From: Proteobacteria bacterium UBA1148
GTDB taxonomy: Bacteria > Pseudomonadota > Gammaproteobacteria > Steroidobacterales > Rariloculaceae
Direction: 5' to 3'
Length of the DNA: 64,000 bases
Assembly (NCBI GenBank): GCA_002311835.1
Contig: DBZY01000014.1
Coordinates: 54,258 to 118,257, forward strand
The notes beneath the pieces were generated by a model that saw only the letters and a list, made by a program, of their open reading frames with translations, ran no database searches and was not told the DNA's origin. Within the stretch, counting starts at the first letter, position 1. Every line of letters begins with the position of its first letter. Of this stretch, positions 1 to 8,237 are shown piece by piece. A program made the position numbers and the translations under genes.

Positions 1-873
1 GAGCGAGTTGGGAGTATTTCCGGCTACGGGTGGGGAGTTGGGTATATCGGCGGCTTTCTTGCACTCGTGTTGGTGTTAGTAACTTTGATCCAGCCAGAAA
101 GTCCTTGGTTTGGGTTTTCTACAGAAAACGATGAACACATTCGCGCAACAAATCTGATTGTTTCTGGATGGTATTTTATTTTTACACTGCCATTTTTGTT
201 GTGGGTTTCCGAAGATAAATCTATGGTGTCGGGTAGCGGAAAGATACTTAGTGATACGATACTTCAGCTACGTAGAACATACGCGGAGGTTAGGAGGTTT
301 AAGGAAATAGCTCGATTTCTAATCGCACGTTTTGTGTATAACAATGGTCTTGTGACAATTTTCGCGTTTGGGGGAATCTATGCGGCTGAATCTTTCGGAT
401 TCACTCTCCAGGAAGTGCTAATTTTTGGCATTGTCCTCAATATTGCTGCTGGGCTTGGCGCGTTTTTCATGGGTCGTCTCGATGATGTAATAGGTGGAAA
501 GCGGACCATCATAATTTCACTCATTGGACTGTCCATAGCCACAACACTGGCTATGCTTGCTACTACAAAATTTTGGTTGTGGGTCGCGGGCATAGTGATT
601 GGGGTCTTCATCGGTCCAAATCAATCAGCAAGCCGTTCGCTGATGGCTCGTTTTGTTCCGCCACAGTTGAAAAATGAGTTTTTTGGGTTTTTCGCTTTTT
701 CGGGTAAGTTTACGGCTTTCGTTGGCCCATTTTTACTGGGTGAGTTGACCCAGTGGACAGAGTCTCAGCGTTGGGGTATCTCTGTGGCACTAGTTATGTT
801 TGTGGTGGGCATGTTGATCATGATTCCACTGGATGAAAAGGCAGGTATTGCGAGGGTGAGGCGGAGTAGTTGA
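1..873 (+). CDS. MFS transporter, UMF1/Atg22-like family (5' partial, continues upstream of window)
   Basis: Frame 1 is open from nt 1 (ERVGSISGYGWGVGYIGGFLALVLVL...) to the stop at 871-873. Multi-pass hydrophobic protein. The GWGVGYIGG and RFVPPQLKNEFFGFFAFSGK segments resemble UMF1-type MFS permeases. Confidence 0.8.
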   Translation, partial: ERVGSISGYGWGVGYIGGFLALVLVLVTLIQPESPWFGFSTENDEHIRATNLIVSGWYFIFTLPFLLWVSEDKSMVSGSGKILSDTILQLRRTYAEVRRFKEIARFLIARFVYNNGLVTIFAFGGIYAAESFGFTLQEVLIFGIVLNIAAGLGAFFMGRLDDVIGGKRTIIISLIGLSIATTLAMLATTKFWLWVAGIVIGVFIGPNQSASRSLMARFVPPQLKNEFFGFFAFSGKFTAFVGPFLLGELTQWTESQRWGISVALVMFVVGMLIMIPLDEKAGIARVRRSS

Positions 874-958
874 TTTAGAGACACTATTTGCTTCTTGAAT
901 CGTTTCAGTTTCTACCACGGTACAATGAATTTGTGAGTCGGTTCAGAACGAGAGAAAA

Positions 959-2131
959 GTGCGAGTCATCTCTGAGATAGAATCCTATAAAAAGGAGTTA
1001 ATGCAGTGGCGTCGGGATATGCACGCTCACCCAGAACTTGCCTACCAGGAAGAGCGAACTGCTAGATTAGTGGTAGAACGGCTTCAGGGTTGGGGTATTG
1101 CCGTAGATCAGGGTTTAGCAAAAACCGGTGTCGTTGGTACGTTGTCTAGAGGGGTCGGGCCAGCCATAGGTTTACGGGCCGATATGGACGCTTTAGCAAT
1201 CGATGAAACTAATACGTTTGAGTATAGGTCTCAGCACGCTGGGCGTATGCATGCATGCGGTCATGATGGGCATACAACCATGTTGTTGGGAGCTGCGCGA
1301 TATTTAGCCGAGCATGGCAATTTCGAAGGGACAATTCAGTTTATATTTCAGCCCGCTGAGGAGGCGGCGGGTGGCGCTAAGTCAATGATAGATGGAGGAC
1401 TCTTCAAACGCTTTCCAGTCGATGCTGTTTTTGGTATGCACAACTGGCCGGGTTTAAGTGTGGGGCGTTTTGCGATGCGTTCGGGGCCTATAATGGCGTC
1501 CCTTGACTGTTTCGATATATACATCGAGGGTCAAGGTGCCCATGGTGCTGCGCCACAGCATGGTATTGATCCGGTTATGGTATCGGCGCAGGTGGTTACA
1601 GCGTTACAGACTATAGTGAGCCGAAATATTGACCCGCTACAACCCGCGGTCGTTAGCGTTACCAAAATTCATGGTGGTGATGCGCAGAATGTCATTCCTT
1701 CTAGTGTTCAGTTAGGTGGTGGAATTAGATGCTTTGATCCAGAAATTCGTAAACTTCTGAGTCGAAAAATTGTTCAGATTGTTGAGGGTGTTTGCAGTAG
1801 TCTCGGGGCTACTGGGACGGTCGAATTTGCCACGAAATTTCCTGCTGTAATTAATTCGTTGGAGGGCATAGATCTAGCATCTCGTACGGCGTCTGAAATT
1901 GTTGGAAATGAGAATGTGGAGACCAACTGTGATCCTGTTATGGTTTCTGAAGATTTTGCGTATATGCTCGAAGCCATATCTGGCTGCTACATATTTATTG
2001 GTAACGGTGAAGGTGAAGGCGGTTGCATGATTCACAACCCAAGTTATGACTTTAACGATGAGATACTTAGTATTGGAGCTAGCTACTGGGCGTCTCTCGC
2101 GCAGAAATTTTTGAGTGAGCAGACAAGTTGA
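959..2131 (+). CDS. M20D family amidohydrolase (N-acyl-L-amino acid amidohydrolase / hippurate hydrolase-like)
   Basis: 390-aa ORF with a GTG start. MHACGHDGHTTMLLGAARYL and FQPAEEAAGGAK metal-site motifs are typical of M20D aminoacylases. Confidence 0.9.
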   Translation: MRVISEIESYKKELMQWRRDMHAHPELAYQEERTARLVVERLQGWGIAVDQGLAKTGVVGTLSRGVGPAIGLRADMDALAIDETNTFEYRSQHAGRMHACGHDGHTTMLLGAARYLAEHGNFEGTIQFIFQPAEEAAGGAKSMIDGGLFKRFPVDAVFGMHNWPGLSVGRFAMRSGPIMASLDCFDIYIEGQGAHGAAPQHGIDPVMVSAQVVTALQTIVSRNIDPLQPAVVSVTKIHGGDAQNVIPSSVQLGGGIRCFDPEIRKLLSRKIVQIVEGVCSSLGATGTVEFATKFPAVINSLEGIDLASRTASEIVGNENVETNCDPVMVSEDFAYMLEAISGCYIFIGNGEGEGGCMIHNPSYDFNDEILSIGASYWASLAQKFLSEQTS

Positions 2132-2206
2132 GAGAAATGTTATGGCGGCATATCCTGGCTCGCCGTTCTCATGGTATTACTGATAGTTGATTCTAGAAGG
2201 AAACGG

Positions 2207-3187
2207 ATGTCGCAGTTCGAGAGAATTATTTTCGTATTCCCTGGGCAGGGTTCTCAATATTGTGGGATGGGCTCCGACTTGGTAGAAGAGTTCGAGTGCG
2301 CTAAAGAATGCTTCGATCAGGCAAGCGAGGTTGTAGGCTATGATATGTTGGAATTGTGTTTCAGAGATCCACAAGTCCGGTTGGACTTAACTCGTTTTAC
2401 TCAGCCAGCGTTATTAACTCATCAGATCGCATGCCTCGAAGCTTTTCGTAGTTTGGATTCAGAGAGCAAGGTCCAACCCTCGCTAACCGCAGGTCATAGC
2501 CTAGGTGAATACGCAGCACTAGTAACCGCTGGTGCTCTGAGCTTTGAGGATGCTTTGACATTGGTAGCTCGCAGAGCGGAACTGATGAGTGAGTTTGGCG
2601 AGGGTAGTATGTTGGCGACTACACTTGATTTGACAACTGCTAGGACGCTTGCTGAAAAATACTATTGTGGTATTGGAGGATGCAATCTCCCAGAGCAGAC
2701 GGTTATTGCTGGTCAGGATGCTGATTTGGATCGGTTGACCGAAGATCTCACTACAAATCAGCGGCGCAAGAGAGCAGTGAGGTTAAAGACCGAAGGTGCA
2801 TTTCATACCTATCTGATGGTCAATGCAGCACGGCGTTTTAGAGAGGTTCTCGAGGATATTTCTTTCGGTCCGTTAGAGGTCGGTGTTCTATCTAACTACA
2901 CTGGTCAGATGCACGAGCCTGACCCCGACGCTATACGGTCTCGGCTGTTTTTCCAGTTGTTTAATCCCGTTCGATGGATGGCGTGCATGGATGAGGCTAT
3001 GGATGCTGGTATCGATGCGATCATCGAATTTGGTGGTGGAATTGGTGAGGGGACAAGCCCGGCTGAAAAGCGTCCCAATCTAGAAGGTATGGTGAAGAAG
3101 GCCTTGAAGGGTCGTTCATATGAGGCAGAGTACTTCGGAGCGGTTAATGCAGTGGGCATTCACTTACTGGCAGAGCAAATACTCTAG
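2207..3187 (+). CDS. Malonyl-CoA:ACP transacylase-fold acyltransferase (FabD paralog, outside any fab cluster)
   Basis: ORF spans 2171-3187; the preferred ATG at 2207 is preceded by AGGAAA. Motifs FVFPGQGSQ, GHSLGEYAAL (nucleophilic Ser) and GAFHT are present. The C-terminal tail is longer than I expect for housekeeping FabD. Confidence 0.8.
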   Translation: MSQFERIIFVFPGQGSQYCGMGSDLVEEFECAKECFDQASEVVGYDMLELCFRDPQVRLDLTRFTQPALLTHQIACLEAFRSLDSESKVQPSLTAGHSLGEYAALVTAGALSFEDALTLVARRAELMSEFGEGSMLATTLDLTTARTLAEKYYCGIGGCNLPEQTVIAGQDADLDRLTEDLTTNQRRKRAVRLKTEGAFHTYLMVNAARRFREVLEDISFGPLEVGVLSNYTGQMHEPDPDAIRSRLFFQLFNPVRWMACMDEAMDAGIDAIIEFGGGIGEGTSPAEKRPNLEGMVKKALKGRSYEAEYFGAVNAVGIHLLAEQIL

Positions 3188-3234
3188 TTTGAGAGATTTC
3201 CTGAGTGAACTAAAAAAGAAATAGAAATAGTGAG

Positions 3235-3903
3235 ATGTCAGAACAAAAAGCAACTAATGTAACCTGGCATGAGGGCTTGGTATCTCGGGAAGATCGGTAC
3301 AATATTCTTCGACAAAAAGGCGCAACGATTTGGTTCACCGGTTTGTCTGGTAGCGGTAAGAGCACGATAGCTGTAGCGCTTGAAAAGGCTTTGTTTGAGA
3401 GAGATAAGCTTTCTTATCGGCTTGATGGAGATAACGTCCGGTTGGGCATAAACAAGAATCTTGGGTTTTCTGCAGAAGACCGTAAGGAAAATATACGCCG
3501 TATTGGTGAGCTCGCTAGAGTGTTCGGGGACGCTGGCATAATCGTGCTTTCAAGCTTTATCAGTCCTTACAAACTTGACCGTGACAGGGTTCGACAGTTA
3601 CATGAGGCTGAGCACTTAAATTTCATTGAAGTGTTTGTGGATTGCCCACTTGACGAAGCGGAGAGACGTGATCCTAGAGGACTTTACAGGAAGGCTCGTT
3701 CGGGTGAGATTAAGAACTTTACCGGCATCGATGCTCCTTATGAGGTGCCGGTTAACCCTCAGTTACACCTTCAAACGAATATGTTGTCCGTGGAGGAAGA
3801 AGTGGATGCAATTTTGGAATATCTTGAGAAAAATGAAATTCTTGCCGCTCCATGCTCCGTTTGTGTCGATGATAAAGGTGGTAAGGAAGCCGTGTCGATT
3901 TAG
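3235..3903 (+). CDS. cysC: Adenylyl-sulfate (APS) kinase
   Basis: P-loop WFTGLSGSGKSTIA, plus LDGDNVR, FISPY and TGIDAPYE segments characteristic of CysC. It has a roughly 25-aa C-terminal extension. Confidence 0.9.
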   Translation: MSEQKATNVTWHEGLVSREDRYNILRQKGATIWFTGLSGSGKSTIAVALEKALFERDKLSYRLDGDNVRLGINKNLGFSAEDRKENIRRIGELARVFGDAGIIVLSSFISPYKLDRDRVRQLHEAEHLNFIEVFVDCPLDEAERRDPRGLYRKARSGEIKNFTGIDAPYEVPVNPQLHLQTNMLSVEEEVDAILEYLEKNEILAAPCSVCVDDKGGKEAVSI

Positions 3904-4001
3904 GGGCGAGGAGTGATCAGATGGTCCTTCTTCAGCCTCGCAAGGGGGTTGGGTCGGAGCCTACTTCAGCGTACAGTTAGACGTCGGATTTCGCTGGGAG
4001 A

Positions 4002-5069
4002 ATGCTCATAGAATCTCAATCACAACAGTCCCGCTCCGGCATTACCGTTGCAGTGTCGATTATCGCAATCATTGCGGTAATCTACGGAATGCAGGCTGCG
4101 CGAGTGATCCTGGTACCGTTTCTCGTGGCCGGGTTTCTTGCTGTTTTGTGCGTACCGATTACACGATACCTAGAGCGTTTGCGTATTCCGACTGGCTTAG
4201 CTGTAACGATTGTCGTTGTTCTTATCATCGGAATCATGGTTCTGGCTGGGACGTTTATTGGGGGATCTGTCGGAGCATTTAATGAGAGACTTCCGTTTTA
4301 TCAGGAAAGGCTTAATGAGAGAGTCACTGATATTGCCGCTCTGCTTGGTCAAGAGGTCAGTGTTGGTGGGTTAGTTGAGATGATTCAGCCTGGCGCAGCC
4401 ATGAGCTTTGTCGCGAATCTTCTTAATGGTCTTCAGGCTCTTCTCGCCAATTTTTTTCTCATCATGTTTGCAGTGATTTTTATTCTTCTGGAAGCATCAA
4501 CGTTTCCCAGTAAGATGCAGTTGGTGTTGAAGGCATCGCATGGAGATCCAGAATACTTTAAGCGATTTACGAATAGTGTTCAGCGATACCTCGGCATAAA
4601 AACAGTGACGAGTCTGGCGACCGGTCTAGCTGTATGGTTGCTTACAGCGGCCTTTGGACTTGATTTCCCGGTTCTCTGGGGGTTTCTCGCATTTCTTCTA
4701 AACTATATTCCGAATATTGGATCTCTAATTGCTTCAATTCCAGCGATTCTTATCGCGCTGATCCAGTTCGGGACATTGCAAGCGCTGATGATAGCTCTTG
4801 GATACTTCGTGATTAACATCACAATCGGTGGTGTCATTGAGCCGCGAGTAATGGGCCGTGGGTTAGGCCTTTCCACACTAATAGTTTTCTTGTCGTTAGT
4901 TTTCTGGGGTTGGATTTTTGGACCGATCGGCATGTTGCTCTCAGTACCACTTACGATGACAGCTAAGATTGCATTAGAGTCTAGCGGCGAAAAAAGTTCA
5001 TCTATTGCCCTATTGTTGAGCGCGCCTGACCGCGTTAAATCTAGAGATGAGTCTTCGAGATCAGGTTGA
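4002..5069 (+). CDS. AI-2E family transporter (PerM/YhhT-like, UPF0118)
   Basis: 355-aa polytopic membrane protein. The LNYIPNIGSLIASIPAILIAL and EPRVMGRGLGLS segments are typical of the AI-2E family. Confidence 0.85.
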   Translation: MLIESQSQQSRSGITVAVSIIAIIAVIYGMQAARVILVPFLVAGFLAVLCVPITRYLERLRIPTGLAVTIVVVLIIGIMVLAGTFIGGSVGAFNERLPFYQERLNERVTDIAALLGQEVSVGGLVEMIQPGAAMSFVANLLNGLQALLANFFLIMFAVIFILLEASTFPSKMQLVLKASHGDPEYFKRFTNSVQRYLGIKTVTSLATGLAVWLLTAAFGLDFPVLWGFLAFLLNYIPNIGSLIASIPAILIALIQFGTLQALMIALGYFVINITIGGVIEPRVMGRGLGLSTLIVFLSLVFWGWIFGPIGMLLSVPLTMTAKIALESSGEKSSSIALLLSAPDRVKSRDESSRSG

Positions 5070-5290
5070 GTGCTTGCTGCCGAGTTGGAGGCGCTGGTAT
5101 CCCAGCCTATTTGATGCTGCGCAGGACCTCGGGCTGATCAGGGCGAAGGTGTGTTCTCCTGACAACCTATTGTTGAGCAAACGCCATGCCAAGGTTCGTC
5201 ACGCCGCCGAAGAAGCACATCAGGAGAAATGGGGCGGCAAAAGTTCTGAATAACCGTCAGTCACTTTTAAATAGATACCCATAAAGGCAA

Positions 5291-6895
5291 CTAATCGGGT
5301 AGATCTTTCCGATAACTTCTAATATCGCCTCTGGCCAGCCTGTCATTGTAATCGTTGAGCTTGTGCTTCAGTGCCGGGGCCAGTATGTAGAGGCCAAGGA
5401 TATTTGGTACGCATATAAAGAAGACTAATGCGTCCGAGAAATCCAGGACAGCGCTCAGCTGAATTGAGCAGCCGATTACGATAAACACGCAGAAGACAGC
5501 TTTGAACCCAAAATCTGCGGCGCGAGATTCACCTACGAGATAGGTCCAGCCTTTTAATCCATAATATGACCAGGCAATCATTGTGGAGAACGCAAACAAG
5601 ATGGCAGAAATAGCTATTGCGTAGGGTGACCAACTGATATTACGTTCAAACGCTGCAGACGTCATTTCGATTCCACCAAGGCCTTGTACGAAACCCGGAT
5701 CGTAATAAAGAGTTGTTATGATAACCAGCGAGGTCACCGTACATATCACTACTGTATCGATAAATGGTTCCAATAGCGCAACGTAGCCTTCCGTAATAGG
5801 TTCGTTTGTTTTTACGGCCGAGTGAGCTACTGCTGCGGAACCTATACCTGCCTCATTGGAAAATACCGCGCGCTGAAAGCCGATGATCATGACACCTAAC
5901 GCGCTGCCCCCTAATGCTTCAGGCGAAAATGCCCCATTGATAATTGCGAGCAATGAAAACGGTAGCGCTTTGTAATTCATACCGATGATCGTAAGCGCTG
6001 AAAAAACGTAAAAAAGGGCCATAAATGGCACAAGCTTCTCAGTAACTCTCGCGATGCTTTTTATGCCACCGATAATGACGAAGCTGACAACTGCGGCAAT
6101 GATTAATCCGAAAAGCCAGCCCTTATTATTAAACCAACTACCGTTCAGACCGCCAGTAACATTGACGAATTGCACATACGCTTGATTTGATTGGAACATA
6201 TTTCCAATTCCCATACAGCTAATCACAATGCCTACCGCATAAAACTTAGCCATAAAGTTACCGAGTCTTTGAAGTCCCTTCTCTTTCAACCCCTTATCAA
6301 GGTAGTACATTGGACCACCGGAAACGCTGCCATCGGGATTATCCCTCCGGTAGATTGTTCCCAATGCACATTCCACAAATTTCGTCGACATGCCTAGAAA
6401 CCCAGCTAATATCATCCAGAATGTGGCGCCTGGTCCGCCGATTGATATAGCTACGGCTACTCCACCGATGTTGCCAATACCGACAGTACCGGAGAGCGCT
6501 GTGGAAAGTGCCTGAAAATGAGAAACCTCACCTGGATGAGAGGGGTCCGCATAGTCGCCTCGTATTAATCTGATGGAATGCCTAAAACCTCGAATGTTGA
6601 TGAATCCAAAATAACCAGTAAAAAAAGTAGCGCCGACTATCAACCAAAGTACAACCAAGGGAAGGTCCGTACCGAATAAAGGTACCGTAAAGAAAATTAT
6701 TTTAGAGACGAACGTGGTAAGTGGTTGAACAGTGTTGTTGATGAAGGAATCGATCCCAGAAAAATCTTGTGCAACAACTGGAGTTGAAATGAGAAGACAA
6801 GGGAAAAAAACGGGAGAAACCCGCGTACGAATGGCATTAAACAACATGCTAATAAAGGGTAGAGACCGGATCAGGATAGCTGGGCTATTGTCCAC
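5291..6895 (-). CDS. Alanine/glycine:cation symporter (AGCS family)
   Basis: ALSGTVGIGNIGGVAVAISIGGPGATFWM and FSNEAGIGSAAVAHSA motifs of Na+:alanine symporters. The start is uncertain (alternative Met at 6847). Confidence 0.9.
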   Translation of the reverse strand: MDNSPAILIRSLPFISMLFNAIRTRVSPVFFPCLLISTPVVAQDFSGIDSFINNTVQPLTTFVSKIIFFTVPLFGTDLPLVVLWLIVGATFFTGYFGFINIRGFRHSIRLIRGDYADPSHPGEVSHFQALSTALSGTVGIGNIGGVAVAISIGGPGATFWMILAGFLGMSTKFVECALGTIYRRDNPDGSVSGGPMYYLDKGLKEKGLQRLGNFMAKFYAVGIVISCMGIGNMFQSNQAYVQFVNVTGGLNGSWFNNKGWLFGLIIAAVVSFVIIGGIKSIARVTEKLVPFMALFYVFSALTIIGMNYKALPFSLLAIINGAFSPEALGGSALGVMIIGFQRAVFSNEAGIGSAAVAHSAVKTNEPITEGYVALLEPFIDTVVICTVTSLVIITTLYYDPGFVQGLGGIEMTSAAFERNISWSPYAIAISAILFAFSTMIAWSYYGLKGWTYLVGESRAADFGFKAVFCVFIVIGCSIQLSAVLDFSDALVFFICVPNILGLYILAPALKHKLNDYNDRLARGDIRSYRKDLPD

Positions 6896-6984
6896 ACGCT
6901 GTGAAAACTACCTAACCACTTCTCACCTGCTCCCGAATAGTGGTACCGAAATGGTTTGTGTCCGCAGCTAGAGACTACTATCCA

Positions 6985-7752
6985 TCAAAGTGGTCTTATC
7001 CTGATGTCACGGAAGCGAATGAGGCCACCGTTGCTTTGAAAGGCAATTGGACCACTCAGATGTTCGTCACTTTCATAATCCACTGTAACCGTGCCATTCA
7101 CCCGCACGAGGATCTGGTCGCCTTGGGCCGTGATTTCGTATGTATTCCACTGCTCTTCAGTCGAAACGGCCGTCATGGGCGGTGCGTGACCCACGATTGA
7201 GCCAGTACGGTTGTCGGGGTTTGGGTTTGTATCATAGATATTGATCTCGTATCCGTTGTCCGCGTTGATTTCGTCAGCATTGTCGTTACGAATGAATATC
7301 CCACTGTTGGAGCCGGGGCCGTTCCAGAACTGGAGTTGCAACAGGAAATCTGTGTAGTGACCCTTGGTCACCAGGAATGCTTGGAGATCGTCCTCCGCCT
7401 CTACGAAATCACCGATAATGCTCCACTCAGCATCACCGACTTCATTTGGTTCTCCACTCACAAAATTAGTAGGATGGTTGGTGTCTTCGCCGCTAATGAT
7501 AGGATCGTATTGCAGGGCCCGAAAACTGCTCAGGTCGTGGCCAGAGAATAGTATTGCCCAGTTTGGCTCACTTAAGAGAGATGCTTGGTTAGTGGTTTCA
7601 GCGTCAGTAATTCTCGGTATCGGTAATGGCGCTTCTATCGATGCTGCTACAGCCTGAGCCAGGTCTTCCCCGAGGGATGCATCTTGACCGGGTTGGCATG
7701 CAGCAAGAGCTAGACCTGAAAGGCAAACCAGGGTGGGTGATACGAATTTCAT
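6985..7752 (-). CDS. DUF1080 (3-keto-disaccharide hydrolase-like) lipoprotein
   Basis: ORF extends to 7806, but the ATG at 7752 has a GGGAG RBS and yields MKFVSPTLVCLSGLALAAC (lipobox). NSGIFIR, GYEINIYD, TGSIVG and IAFQSNGGLIRFRDIRIRPL match the DUF1080 pattern. Confidence 0.8.
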   Translation of the reverse strand: MKFVSPTLVCLSGLALAACQPGQDASLGEDLAQAVAASIEAPLPIPRITDAETTNQASLLSEPNWAILFSGHDLSSFRALQYDPIISGEDTNHPTNFVSGEPNEVGDAEWSIIGDFVEAEDDLQAFLVTKGHYTDFLLQLQFWNGPGSNSGIFIRNDNADEINADNGYEINIYDTNPNPDNRTGSIVGHAPPMTAVSTEEQWNTYEITAQGDQILVRVNGTVTVDYESDEHLSGPIAFQSNGGLIRFRDIRIRPL

Positions 7753-7912
7753 CTTGAACTCCCTACTATTCATATTGGATTTGGCCAAATGAGCTTCCAA
7801 CGTCAAGAATACACGACCGCTTCAATCTAGGGCAGTCCTTCAACCTGGGAATCGTGATTATGTTATTCATGAGGTTAGGGTTTTAAACTTAAAGTAGTGC
7901 TTGAGAAATCTC

Positions 7913-8237
7913 TGTGGACAAACAAAGCTGCTTTTATTGGGTGTACTGTCCACATGGGTGGCAACCTCATGCTCCTCTAGCATAAAAGTTGCTAGTTGAG
8001 GGTATATTTTTTATTTTGCTGTCAAAAACAAGTCCAACTAATTGTTTTTATTTAATAAAAATATTTGATGTTTTTTTGAACAATCTAATAAAGCCCTAGA
8101 CAGAGTCAGGCTTGGGTGGACTTACTCAATGAGTTTTCCACAGAGTTATCCACAGTATCTGTGGATTGTGTCCGGGTTTCGAATCGCCTTGATTCTGCGT
8201 TGGGCGGCAAATACAACTTTAGAGTTACCGTGGATAA
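7913..8237. promoter_or_regulatory. Cluster of DnaA-box-like 9-mers flanking an AT-rich tract (candidate oriC / datA / DARS-like element)
   Basis: Boxes read directly: TGTGGACAA 7913-7921, CTGTCCACA 7946-7954, TTTTCCACA 8134-8142, TTATCCACA 8146-8154 (perfect), TGTGGATTG 8160-8168, CGTGGATAA 8229-8237. AT-rich tract at about 8001-8095 with TTTTTATTT twice. Confidence 0.45.

Noticed and set aside
5047-5253. 68-aa plus-strand ORF overlapping the AI-2E gene end
   Set aside because: It overlaps the 3' end of a confident gene in another frame, has no RBS and no family resemblance. The 221-bp convergent spacer is more likely non-coding.
6888-6896. Additional DnaA-box-like 9-mer TTGTCCACA at the 5' end of the symporter ORF
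   Set aside because: Isolated one-mismatch boxes are expected more than ten times by chance in 64 kb, so on its own this is not evidence of anything.
6896-6984. Glycine riboswitch upstream of the Na+:alanine/glycine symporter
   Set aside because: I read the minus-strand leader for the conserved GGAGAG...CCGAAGGAGCAA...CUCAGGCAAAAGGAC elements. Only a vague CGGGAGCAGG resemblance is present, and the spacer is too short for an aptamer plus expression platform.
8170-8195. tRNA-like GGGTTTCGAATCGCC segment
   Set aside because: The flanks do not form a 5-bp T-stem around a 7-nt TTCGAAT loop on either strand, and no acceptor or anticodon arms can be drawn. It is not a tRNA or tmRNA fragment.
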